From: Microthyrium microscopicum
Taxonomy: Eukaryota
Assembly (NCBI GenBank): GCA_010405405.1
Contig: MU004235.1
Span: 634,538 to 698,537 of the forward strand
Direction of reading: 5' to 3'
Length of the DNA: 64,000 nt
This document shows positions 48,517 to 59,783 of the stretch, in pieces (position 1 is the stretch's first letter; every line of letters starts with the position of its first letter). The notes under the pieces were generated by a model that searched no databases, had not been told where the DNA came from, and was given only the letters and a program-made list of their open reading frames with translations. A program made the position numbers and the translations under genes.

Positions 48517-50818
48517 GATAACTGATCTAACTGGCAAGCATAAGTTAGTATAAGCTGATTATATCTTCTAGACCAAACTCACAAGAAAGTTATTTAGGGA
48601 ATGTCAAAGTTTCGATAGGACTGATTGAGAATGCTTGAGCAAGATCCAGGCTGCTTTATATCTACTGCTCCTGGTTCTTATACTTCTAGCCATAGCACAA
48701 GCGGTTTATTTCTTCACATGCAGACACAATGCATATGGCCGGCCCTGGTCATAATACTAGCTCACCATCTCGCCGCATTGTCTAATCCATCATCTTAGAT
48801 TGAGGATTACGGGACTTGCGCCTTTCGTGGTCAGGATTTGTTCTTCAAATCACATTGCGCAACATTACAGGCTGCCTGGGCCTGCGTCTTGTTGCTTCTG
48901 TCATTGGAGCTGTAGCAATCAAGCCCAGTATCAGATTAATGATCTACACAGAACCCCAAAGCCATCCCGGCCTTCGTCTTGTCAACGGTATGGCTCCTGG
49001 CCCTTGGGTAATCCGTGCACAGGTACCGCTTAAGGTGCTTTGATCATCTCCTCGATTACTTCACTCCTACTTCTCTATGCTTGCTCTACTAGTAAGGACT
49101 GAAGCAGTGAAGTCTTCTGGGATCACGTAGACCTTGAGTACAGGGTCACTGCGGCCCGCCGACTTGAGATTGCCCCTCTATTATTTTGCCATGCTCAGAT
49201 GTACCAGAGAATTAATACAGTTCATGATGACATTACCCACGAAATGACGTGTCAGCACGGTTGGTATTCTGTTATGTATGGAGATGTCCACGTTTTGCCT
49301 TGAAGAATACGCCGGGCGTCTCTTTCGACATTGCGAGAGTAGAGAGATATCTCAGTCAGAAGATGACCTGAAGTTCTTGATATTGTAGATAGATGGTCAA
49401 AGATCGGTGGACTAGAGGCGTTAATATTTCAGCTCTACAGAGCTGACGCTCAGATTCAGGTTCAAATCTATATGACCACTGAACTAAAACGCCAAAGCAC
49501 GATGCCTGATAATGTCTTCTCTTGCACATAAAAGGTAGCACACACACCGACCGATGTTTAGTGGTACTAGCTCACCCCATGTCCTCTATAGCAACGACAA
49601 AATCGCTATAGTTCCGGCCGGTATGATTCTGAACTACTTGAAGACCCGGCCCAATTAGTATTCCTCGGCTTAAAGGTAAATTGGCGGATCATAGCATTAC
49701 AGCGACCGTCAAACACCATGTTGCACACGAGTTCTCTCGATCCTCGCACTGATGACTGAACTACTTAGCGGATTGCATTGTTCATCTTTCAAAATTGCAA
49801 TATCCATTGCGTATAACAATTTCAAACTGATCCTACGGAATCTAGAGTTCGTGAACTCGGATTTACCTCTTTTTCGGGTGTTCTATGAACAGGGTATCAG
49901 TGGGCTATTCCACGATTTCCATTTACGGGCCGATTGACTAAAGTGAAGCAAAGCGCTCTACCGAAACGTAAGTATCTCTACTACAGCATTCAATCAGCAG
50001 TCAGTGCTATCTACTCGCACGTCTTTACCAGTCCATCTAGCAGATCATACAAGCACGAGTGCACATCAAGGTGCATTTGGTGGAAGCAATCATCGTGAAC
50101 ATCTGTTGACATTAAAAGCGGCGAAAAGGCCGTAAAGCTTTTAGTTTCTTATAAGCTAGCTTATTAATGCACAGCTGGCAAGATTGCTTAGATGACAAGT
50201 CCTACGAAAATTGTTGGCCAGCAAAGACAGTGATGTTTAATTTCTATAAAGATGCAGTGTGACTTTTGTATCGATAATGGCTATGAACATGATTCTTTGG
50301 TTGATGACCCGTATTCATATAAGAACTCGGGCCGAGCGCAACTTTTCAATGTCAAGTTTGTGCCTGTACAAGAAATGGATTCGACATGGAATCTTGAATG
50401 GTTTTGGCGGCCCGAATCCAAACCACCACAAGATTAAGGTCAAAGAGGAAGCAAACGCCTTTCAGTGACCGGCCGGTTTGATGTAGACGTGTCCTGAAGC
50501 GTTGCAATCAGGTGCAATGTCATAGTGGGAAGCTTTGTTGACGATGTCATCTATTAGCGAGCCATCTCCTGGCAAAATGTTGGTAGCACATCAATCAACA
50601 GCAATCCAGTTGTTTTGGTATGCTCTCTGACGTTTTTGGCCGGGTGTGGGTATGCTAAGAGTCGCTAAAAAGTAAGGATGGTAGCATAGATCCAATAAAC
50701 CTGGTGATGAACGGACAGAGAGACCGTATCTTCATCTCCAGCTCCACTGGTGTTCCTTGTTAATGTGATGCTTATAGTAATGCTGTGGAACGCCGCAAGT
50801 CGCTGCCGTCACACCGTC

Positions 50819-52063
50819 CTATTGATGATACAGCTTCTTTTTGCCGTTCAACTTGTCGAACTCAAGCTTCTGGCGATGGGCGTATTCTAGAATATCTCTC
50901 GACTTGGAAAAGGCTTGCTTGGCCGCTTCCGCTCCAGCGAGCTGTTTGCTTCGTCCACTTCCGCTTCCCAGGTTTTGTCGATCGTAGCCCCAACCAGTCA
51001 GGTAGACACCCATGAAGAAGGTGGTCCGATTGTTGACTTTATCAAGCTCCATCGGTTTCTCCTCGACATACTCCAGCTTGATTCCTTTCGAAACTAGGAA
51101 ACGTTGTAATTCGCTCTTGACATCCATGCTCATCACTTCTTGAAAGCCGTTCTGTTTGCCTTCACCCTGTCTGCGCCATTCCTCAACTTTGGGGCCCCAA
51201 AGCTCATGTAGCCAGTCTTCGGCAATCTTAAACCCAGACTGTTCATCAGAGAGGATAACACACGCAACGTAAGCTTCGAATACGTCTGCCAATACTTTCT
51301 GCCACTTTCCATCTCCGATCTTGTTGTCAATCTTAGGCATATTGGTCATTTTGATTCGCTCTCCCATGCCATAATCCCGCGCATATTGAGCAAGTGTCTC
51401 GTTCTTGATCAAAAGCTCACGGAGACCAGCCTTCTGACCGACAGTATGGGTAGGGAAACGGTTGTGAATGAGCCGCGTAGCGATAACCTCCAAGTATGCG
51501 TCTCCCAAAAACTCGAGGGGTTCATAAGTGTTCGTGCTCGTTGCGGGCATGTACTCAGGGAGCGCACTTTTGTGCGTAAAAGGCGCATCGAGAAGGGTCA
51601 GGTCCGTGATCGGAGGTAAAGGTGGTATAGTAGTTTTTCCGCCCATGGGATGGGCACCTGATAGGGGAGCTGGAAAACCAGGGGCTGGCGCGGGTACATC
51701 GGTATGGTTCACAGAGGTATTGCTACCTTGTGAATCGGGTTGACGAGACTCTTTGGCGAAAGCGGCGGATGCTTCTTTGTATAACAGTTTGCGAAGAGCT
51801 GTGGCATGTTCTTTTGCGTCGCCGGAGATTCCTACAGTGCTCGCCACCATGTTCAACCCAGTTTCCAGTTCAGCTAATGCGCGCTGCACCACTTCTGCAT
51901 AGCTCACACTGGACGCAGGTGTCGAGGGAGTGGCAGAACCGTTAGAGACCTTTTGCTTTTTGACAGCTGGCTCAGCTTCAGTCGCGTTGTTGCCGCTGAG
52001 CTCCTCTAGAGTTCGCTTCCAAGGAGGCATCGCAGAAGCGGAGTCCGAATCTACGTTGGACAT
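50819..52063 (-). CDS. Ribonuclease III (Rnt1/Pac1-like) with C-terminal dsRBD
   Basis: FTHKS, the RNase III signature YEPLEFLGDAYL, KVLADVFEAYVA, and dsRBD motifs KSELQ...GSGSGRSKQLAG..AA. Confidence 0.93.
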   Translation of the reverse strand: MSNVDSDSASAMPPWKRTLEELSGNNATEAEPAVKKQKVSNGSATPSTPASSVSYAEVVQRALAELETGLNMVASTVGISGDAKEHATALRKLLYKEASAAFAKESRQPDSQGSNTSVNHTDVPAPAPGFPAPLSGAHPMGGKTTIPPLPPITDLTLLDAPFTHKSALPEYMPATSTNTYEPLEFLGDAYLEVIATRLIHNRFPTHTVGQKAGLRELLIKNETLAQYARDYGMGERIKMTNMPKIDNKIGDGKWQKVLADVFEAYVACVILSDEQSGFKIAEDWLHELWGPKVEEWRRQGEGKQNGFQEVMSMDVKSELQRFLVSKGIKLEYVEEKPMELDKVNNRTTFFMGVYLTGWGYDRQNLGSGSGRSKQLAGAEAAKQAFSKSRDILEYAHRQKLEFDKLNGKKKLYHQ

Positions 52064-53126
52064 CTTTTCTTCGTGCAAGTTGTAAATCTTACGAATAGTG
52101 AACAGAATCTTCAGGGCGACTAGACCTCGGGAAGGAACGCGGGTTGTTGCATGCAGACTCTAGAGATGTCGCAAATTTCGAGTGATGTCAGGAGTCAGTG
52201 GTTTCCAGTAGCGAAGCGAGAATAATGCGCAGGTTGATGGAGATGATCTGGCTGAGGTTGTGTTCGAGTGTGTTGCCCAACAGTGAATAAAATTGGCAGA
52301 GAGCAAACCAACGGTTGCAGTGTTAGCGTTGACCCCTTTGGTTCTCGCGCTATGTTCCTGGACCAATTATAATTCATGATACTTTTAGGATAAAGCGCAC
52401 CGCTCTGATTGGCTGATACTGAGCCTCACATAGAAATCCCCGATTTCATTGGCTAAACTTACCACTGGTGGGTCATTGTCTCTGATGCATTGTGTTTTTC
52501 GCTTTCAACGACACTGAACTCTACGATCCAAAATAGATCAACAGCTATTGAGGCTAAACTTGCAAATAATCATAGCACGTTCTTGGAGGCGTTTTGGTTA
52601 TCAGAGCCATGAAAAGATTTGTATGCCAGAAGTTAGAACAATATGAATTTACATTTTACTAGTCGAGAAGAGATGAATCGTTCCATAAATACGGTACTAG
52701 GTACTACGTATCCTTGATGGAGTTGAAGAGTTCTATGTCCCCAGCAGCAAGATTGTTACAGTTACCCGAGGCTTAACCATTGTTCGCAGTATAATGTTAG
52801 ACGAAAGAGACCTTATTGTGTTCAACACTACAGCAGGCTGCGATAGTGCGATGTACTTGTACACCAGCTCGAATCGCAAATCAATAACAGGGGTTGTTTG
52901 AAACGGGTCAGCGCCTCATGTAACTCATCCGCTCAAAGGCTGCATATGCGACCGCCAATCATGCTCTGTCAATCCGCTCTCACCTTGAGGCTTGGAGGCC
53001 GGGCCCCGCAGTCTGAGGAACAACTTTGCACAGCCTCGCCGAAGAAATTATCGCGTAGAGTAATCTCATGCTCGATTGAATACCTTGAACTATCTTTACT
53101 CTGTCATTTATGCCGCTCACTATATC

Positions 53127-56100
53127 ATGGACCTTGTTGGGTCAATTAACGGACTTCTTAGTGCTACCGAAGGAGTGTCTCGACTTCTGGAACGTCCTCC
53201 TTCCGAGTCAATATCAAAGGATGTACGCCAAATAACCATTCAGCTGCTCTCAGAAGTCCAGAGAACGGGGGTTGTTCTATCCGGCCTCAAAGCTCTTACG
53301 AGCAACGTACAGTCCACTCGTCAAAATATGCCTCGCTGATACAAGTCGATCATGTCATCGCAGTCTTTACGGATGGTGTCTTGCTCTTCTCGCAAGTTGA
53401 GGAATCCCTGTCCTCATTCCCATTTATCGAGCCCAATGAGTCGTATCAGCCTGTATGGATGAGGCTGCAGTTCGCCAGAAATGAAACTGCTCTACAGTCT
53501 TTCATCACGAGGCTCCAAGGATTCAAAAGCTCGATATCCTTGATCTTGAACATACTCTCCAGGCAAGACATTTCTTCTCTTTCTGCTTTGCTCCCTGTTC
53601 GCGCATGATCTAACTTCGCTACCTAGTGATTCTGATCTACATGCGGAGCAACGGCAACTTGAACTATCAATGAATGTTAATGAGCTTCTCACAATGAACC
53701 GAGACCTATCACGACGATTGATGAATCTCGAAGATGCATTTGAAGTTCAAACAATAAGATCCAAGCGACAGAGCATACAACGTGATAGCGGCCAATCGTT
53801 TTGTATTGGTCCAGCTCATCATTTTCCGAGTTCCTCCAACTTCGACAATCGGCAGAGTTCGAGTTCAGACAACGGTTCGATACTTTACATGGGCCCAGCA
53901 CACCATAAATCTACCTCCCTAGAATTCGAAGAGATGTCTTTGGGCGGTTCTAATCCGGCTGCCGAAGATGATGAATCACGGCTCATGTCTGGCTTTGATT
54001 ACGCCACCGATCTCGAGTCTTCTCGAGTATATCGTCGAGCACAGCGTGACACAATGGACTTTTCTTTTCGGAGCTCGATTGCCGAGTCCAACAACTGGTC
54101 CATTTTCTCGGGCGTGAGCCTTGGACAGATATCGTCAATAGCAGTGATTGCTCTTCCTATATGTATCGAGGATCTCACAAATCCTCAATATTACGCTATC
54201 AGCAAGCAGCCTATCTTACCGCAATCGACACCAACATCTATTCTATACGAGCGGTCAATCTTTCGTGATTGTCTCGAGATCAAGCTACAGCTAGCTCAGA
54301 TCCCTGGTTTCTCAGAATTGTTTCTTGAGGTCGAAGACGAGATCCTGCAATCAGACGCTGTCTTGCAGAGCGAACGAACCGATGACAGCCCTCTCAACCA
54401 TTTCACGCTGCTAAAACACTGCCTAAATCGAGGTTATCCCTTACTGATGCTCCTCAAAGAATCAGAAGCAGACCCTCACCTGGCGAATTTGGGGATTGTA
54501 TATTCTAGAGGGGCGAACTTTTCCCGAAAATATGCGATTTATACCTTTATCAAGACCTGTACGGAACTCTTTGAATTGGGAGGCGAAGACTTGATCTCAA
54601 TGGCCCATTTTGAATTGCATGATGAGATCGGGTTTCTCAAGGTATACTGGTATCTTTTTGGCCATGTCATGCGTCTGATACTGACGGAGCCTCATAGGTA
54701 ATTGCAGTAGTCTCACTAATTCTGCAACGACTCACTATTGCTGGTGAAATCACCACTGTCGATGTTAAAACTGCACTCGAGAATCAGATGATGAACAAGC
54801 AAAGTGCGACAGAGCTCATTGCACAGCTGTTCCTTGCAGAAGAGAGGGCATACGTTAGTCAGCTCCAAGAATTGGTGAATGCGAAAGAAGGCCTTGAGCG
54901 TACAACTGGTCTCACTGGCGATGAAATTCATTCTACGTTTGGACCTCTACATATGATAATCAACGGTCAAATACGCTTTTTGATGGGCTTAGAGATGGCC
55001 ATACTCGAAGAGTCAACAGAAAGGAAATTGGGAGCACTTTTTGTTGATTGGTCTGGTATTGGTCCTCTGTACGCCAATTTCATTTCTCGTGAACCTATCG
55101 GAAAGGAGTTATTACGCAAAAGACTAGGGAACAGTCAGGAGGATAGCACAACAGCCCACAACGTTTCACGGCTGGCCACCGCGATCAAGCTGTTGACAGC
55201 GCCATCACAACGATTGGCAAAATATCCCGGCTTTCTTGACGTAAGGTGTTTAACCTCTTGTATTTCAAGACCAAGGACTAAATAGTTATAGGAGATCCTT
55301 CAAGCCAGCATATTTGACCAAGAACACAAAGACATCAAGCTGGGTATTGATGCAGTACAAACTGTTCTGCAGCAGATCAATAAGTTGATCAAAGAACAAG
55401 AGTTTGAGGATCAAAGAAACGAATTGGCCCATCGGGTTATTGATTGGTGAGTTTGTCAAATTTGAACTTATCCTTGACCGTGGGCTTTTAGACAGGACTC
55501 ATTGGAGTACAAACAGTTTGGCTACTTTCTTGGCTGACAAATTCTAGGAAGGGTCATAGAATCGAAACCTTTCGCGCACTTCTAATATGTGACACTATCG
55601 AGATAATCAGAGGACAAGGCAAAGACGAAGATCGCAAAGACAAAGATCGCAAAGTGGGTATGATGGCGACCGTTCGATAGATCTCTTATCTAACGAGAAC
55701 TTATAGTACAGGGTCTACTTGTTCGAGCGTGTCCTTTTGGTTTGCAAGCTCACGTACCCTGCTGCGAAGAAGCCAAAACAGAACGTCTGGAGACCATTCT
55801 CTCGTAAAGCAGTAATTGCTCCGGATGAGAGCGCTGTCAGATTCTCTTTGAAAGGCAGAGTCTTCGTCAACAACATAATTGACACAGTTACATCATCCAA
55901 GCCAGGTATGTACCAATTAGCTTTGTTCTCCTGACACGAACTAACCTAGCAAGGCTCTTGGACTTGCCAAGTCTTTTGGAAAGGCGATCCAGCCGTTGAA
56001 GAGGTTACCCTGAAATTCTCATCGGAACTTCAACTGAACATGTGGCAAGAACTAATCCAGGAAGCCAAAAGACTAGAGCATGAAGCTCAACTACGGAAGC

Positions 56101-56144
56101 GCATTGCGGCCTACCCGGCAACATCAGAGAACACCCAAATCTGA
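53127..56144 (+). pseudogene. Cdc24-like Rho GEF (CH-DH-PH, no PB1) fused to a fungal STAND-type N-terminal helical domain; one frameshift at ~53310-53325 (pseudogene or sequencing error)
   Basis: N-terminal motifs LIQVDHVIAVFTDGVLLFS, RLQGFKSSISLILNIL and DLESSRVYRRA. CH: GYPLL, KYAIYTF, GFLKV. DH: EERAYVSQL, PSQRLAKYP. PH: RVIDWKGHRIE, VYLFERVLL, LKGRVF, CQVFWKGDP. A premature stop occurs at 53337-53339. Confidence 0.8.
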
Positions 56145-56189
56145 CATCCAAAATGTGTGTTTTTGACAGTTTATACCTTTCCTATACCC

Positions 56190-56620
56190 TTGTTCTGCCC
56201 TTTTTGAATTATTCTAATAGGCTATTCTGCTTTATAGACTAAGAGCTTCCTTCTAAAGCTTTTAAATCAACATTCTATCTTTTTGTTAAATATAACTTAG
56301 TAAGGCTATTACTAAGTTAGTGAAGATATCGCTAAAATAGCAAGATAGAGAAACTTTAGTAGCTATTTTACTAGTTTAGCTTAGTAGCCTACTAAGTTAG
56401 TAAGGCTTTTACTAAATTAGTAGGAAAAATATTACTCGCTATAACTTATTAAATATGCGTTAGCCAAAAAGTAATTTCTCGCTTTAAGCTTAACTATAGT
56501 TAACCATAATAACTAAAAAAGGCCAAAATAAAATTCTAAAGAAGCTAAAAGATAGCTTATGTTTTATATACTTTATAGATGCATAAATATTAGGTAAAAG
56601 CTATATAATGGGGGCGTAGA
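56190..56620. mobile_element. AT-rich RIP-degenerated repeat/transposon relic
   Basis: Abrupt drop in GC, strong TpA excess and CpA/TpG depletion, and imperfect direct repeats (ttagtaaggctattactaagttagt / ttagtaaggcttttactaaattagt). No ORF. Confidence 0.65.
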
Positions 56621-56695
56621 GGTATGATTTATGTCGATTCGCTATTTTGTGGTTTCTAGTTTTTGGTGTTCTCTAATGTTGCCGGGTAGGCCGCA

Positions 56696-56914
56696 ATGCG
56701 CTTCCGTACTCAACCTAAATTTAATGGATTCATCTTTCCCAAGACAACGCTTGTCAACTCCTATGCGCGCCAGGAAGATGAGGAAGATGAAGAGCACAGC
56801 TCGCCAAACTTCTGTGCCAGCTGTGAAGTGCCAACATCTACAGAAGAATACTACTGCTCTTATGCTTGTAGAAATGCGGACTTAGAGAATTCGGTCTTGT
56901 CTACTTCAGAATGA
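56696..56914 (+). CDS. Small Ecl1-like (extender of chronological lifespan) Cys4 zinc-binding protein or fragment
   Basis: FCASC-x8-YCSYAC...D matches the Ecl1 CxxC...YCSxxC pattern. Confidence 0.5.
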   Translation: MRFRTQPKFNGFIFPKTTLVNSYARQEDEEDEEHSSPNFCASCEVPTSTEEYYCSYACRNADLENSVLSTSE

Positions 56915-57390
56915 TGACGTTGTTGGTCATTCACTTCCTCTGACGTATGATACCCTGAAGAGGCGTAGTGATTCGTGAGCGTGGGCTGGTTCTATGCTGT
57001 CTTAGACGCGAGGCTCAATGAAAATTGGCTTTCCATGCAAACTTGAATGATTAGGAGGTCGAACGAGATATTGGGCTGCTCATAGTGCCATCCCTTGTTT
57101 ACCTAGATTCCAAACTAGTACACTCCCGGGAATCTAAGCTGCAAAACTGATTGCCTGCATCAATAACTCGCGTTATGACTCTTCCGTTGTGCCGAGTTCG
57201 TCCAGTCGTAAAATATAATCAATAGATGAAGTTGGAGAGACGACTCAGCGTGGAACAGCCGCGCTATGGAGTATCAAGCGCGCGTCTAATACATATCTTT
57301 CTTTGCATTGGCCTAAGCTTGCTCTCATTCACAATTTTGTGATCACCGTCAAACAGGCCAGAAACACGGAAGGAGGACTTTTCAGATATC

Positions 57391-58086
57391 ATGGCTGCCC
57401 CTGTGCCGCAGAGCCCTCCTCCTGAGGGCTATGTGCTCGTTGGCGAGGCCGACGACCACACATTCAAACCCAAAGAAGGCCCCGATCATAGCCAGCGCTT
57501 GTCACTTGAACCGGCCGGACGCATTCCCGCCTTCCTCACCTTTGGCTTTGTCTTTGGCGGCATCTTAGGACTTGCCAACGAGTACCGCCGCGCTAGCCTT
57601 CGATTTCGAGCCGAAAACGCACACAGATTACCACGATCCGAGAAGAATTGGTTCTTTTACCACCGCGCGAAATCAAACTATGCTCTCGCAGCCGCAATGC
57701 CGACGGGCGCGAAATGGGGTCTACGCACATCTGGCATGACTCTCCTATTTCTGTTGATTGAGCAAGGGTTGGATGCTGCGAGAGGCGGCACAAGCAAAGA
57801 TTTTCTTAGTTCCACCGCAGCAGGCTTCGCGTTTGGTGGTGTATACAGTCTTTGGCGTACGTTTATTCAAGCTCTATGTGGCAGATAAAACTAACTTCAG
57901 GCAGGTCGCTTTGACTTGAGAATGTCGAGGCGATATATGTCCCTTGGGGCCAAGGGTGGCTTGATAATGGGCCTAGCACAAGATCTTCATGGCTACGCGA
58001 TGGGAAGGCACTTGTTCTATGTGGATTACATCAAGAAAATATTTGGCATTGCGGAATCTTCTGACACCACGGATATGACTGCTTGA
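57391..58086 (+). CDS. Conserved fungal Tim17/Tim22-like membrane protein (intron 57857-57904)
   Basis: RFRAENAHRLP....WFFYHR.K.NY, Gly-rich TM helices, KDFLSSTAAG and G...GLAQD. Confidence 0.75.
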
Positions 58087-58150
58087 GACTTTCAGCTACC
58101 AACTCTGCCTAATCTGCTCTGAGGTCGCCAGCTATCTGACAACTACAATT

Positions 58151-58915
58151 TTACCATGGAATCTCTCCACCGGACGAGGAAAGCTCGAAGAACTTGCCAT
58201 TCATGGTCTCAAATGTACCCGTCGTGGCTGCTTCAAATATGTCTTTGGCGCCATCTCTTGCTTCTCGAACTCCTGCATGTTCGTTCAGATTCGTTGCGCA
58301 ATATCCAGGGCTGGTAGTGACGATGGCTATGTTTTGACCATCCAATTCTTTGATTTTGTACCATGTCAGCAGGTTCAAAGCCGATTTCGTTAACGAATAA
58401 GGCTCGTAGAGCTTCTGCATGGCCCTCCACAGTTTGGTCTTGTCTTGCGCCAGGGTGACACTACCCAAGCTGGAAGAAACATTGACAATACGGCGACCAG
58501 GAGCAGAGGCGGTGGACTTTTGCAGGAGTGGAACAAAAGCGTCAATGACAAGATTGGTGCCTATAACGTTGGAGTTGTATGCGGTCGCCATCTTTTCGCG
58601 GAGAGTTTTCTGGCCGTTGGCGAGCCCAGTATGCGCCGCGTTGTTTATGAGTATGTCGATGTGACCGAACTTGCTATCAACAAGCTTAGCGGCTGCTGCA
58701 ATGCTGTCGTCATTGTCGAGATCGATGGACAAAGGCTCAATCAGGGAGGCGTCGATGGTGTTGTCTTCCGTCAAGATCTTTTGGACGGCGTCTCTGGCCT
58801 TCTCTTCACTACGTGCGCCGAGCAGTACTTTGTACCCAGCTTGGGCTAGCTGTTTAACAGTTTGGTATCCTAGTCCGGTATTCCCGCCGGTCAGAAGCAC
58901 GAGTAGGGTGGTCAT
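58151..58915 (-). CDS. Short-chain dehydrogenase/reductase (carbonyl reductase-like)
   Basis: Motifs TGGNTGLG, DILINNA, IVNVSS, YSLTK (YxxxK) and SPGYCATNLN. Confidence 0.95.
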   Translation of the reverse strand: MTTLLVLLTGGNTGLGYQTVKQLAQAGYKVLLGARSEEKARDAVQKILTEDNTIDASLIEPLSIDLDNDDSIAAAAKLVDSKFGHIDILINNAAHTGLANGQKTLREKMATAYNSNVIGTNLVIDAFVPLLQKSTASAPGRRIVNVSSSLGSVTLAQDKTKLWRAMQKLYEPYSLTKSALNLLTWYKIKELDGQNIAIVTTSPGYCATNLNEHAGVREARDGAKDIFEAATTGTFETMNGKFFELSSSGGEIPW

Positions 58916-59783
58916 TATTCTGTTTTTTGGGAGACGAAGATGAGTTGCATCGTTGGTAGAACGTGGGGTCCGCTATCTTTTATAGTCTACCAATTTGAAT
59001 GAGCCTTGCAAGAAAACTGGTTGATCGATCTCCGTTGGGAATTCCATTTGCGTCAATACTCAGCCATGGTCTGGTACATTTGCAGAGGACACCTGGTAGA
59101 CCCTGGAATTAAAAGCTTGCAACAGAATTGTTGACCTTAAATCCTACCAATGGGCCTTAGAGCTAGCTTAGACAATACACCGGGAATCGAGTTCAAAGCC
59201 GAATTCCATGTCAGAGTCTCGTGGATTGGTTCCTGTCATGAGCATAAATAATGACAAGCCATGCATGGAGGTTTTTTTGTTAATAAATAGCAATGCAGGT
59301 TTCTCCTCATGGCTATTGGCTTGTGGCCCTGCACAGGGCCTACTAGAAGTCGGAATTCAACTCGGACTTGATTCTTCGAAATCCAAAGCGTCATTCTTCC
59401 ACTGGCGGAGTTAATGGCCCCGGATTTTGCCATGTCCGCTGTCCCTTTCGTATGGAGCGGAATATCTATCAGGCTAGCTGCAAGGCTGAACGATCAATCC
59501 GTGATCGGCCGCTGTCAATCTGTTCGGGCCAATCCTTCAGCACAACGCTCCTAAAGCACTTGAGAAATCTAAATTGGAAGTGGGTGTTGCACCAATGAAC
59601 AGACTCAGGTTGTCCTTTTTGAATGACAATTTGGAGCTCTGCACTATTCACTAACTATTATTTATCACGGTTGTAAGTGCGAGGTCATAGAATCCTGCCA
59701 CACATCAGTGCGGGGACTTGGAAGGTATCAAGATCTCACTGGGGTTTGGTTCGACCATCAGATCACGTCTAACATATAACAAC

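Noticed and set aside
55621..55654. 15-bp tandem duplication (KDEDR KDKDR)
   Set aside because: Small in-frame slippage in a PH-domain loop; not an array.
59141..59152. TCCTACCAAT resembling the GaaR element TCCNCCAAT
   Set aside because: The spacing does not match the consensus.
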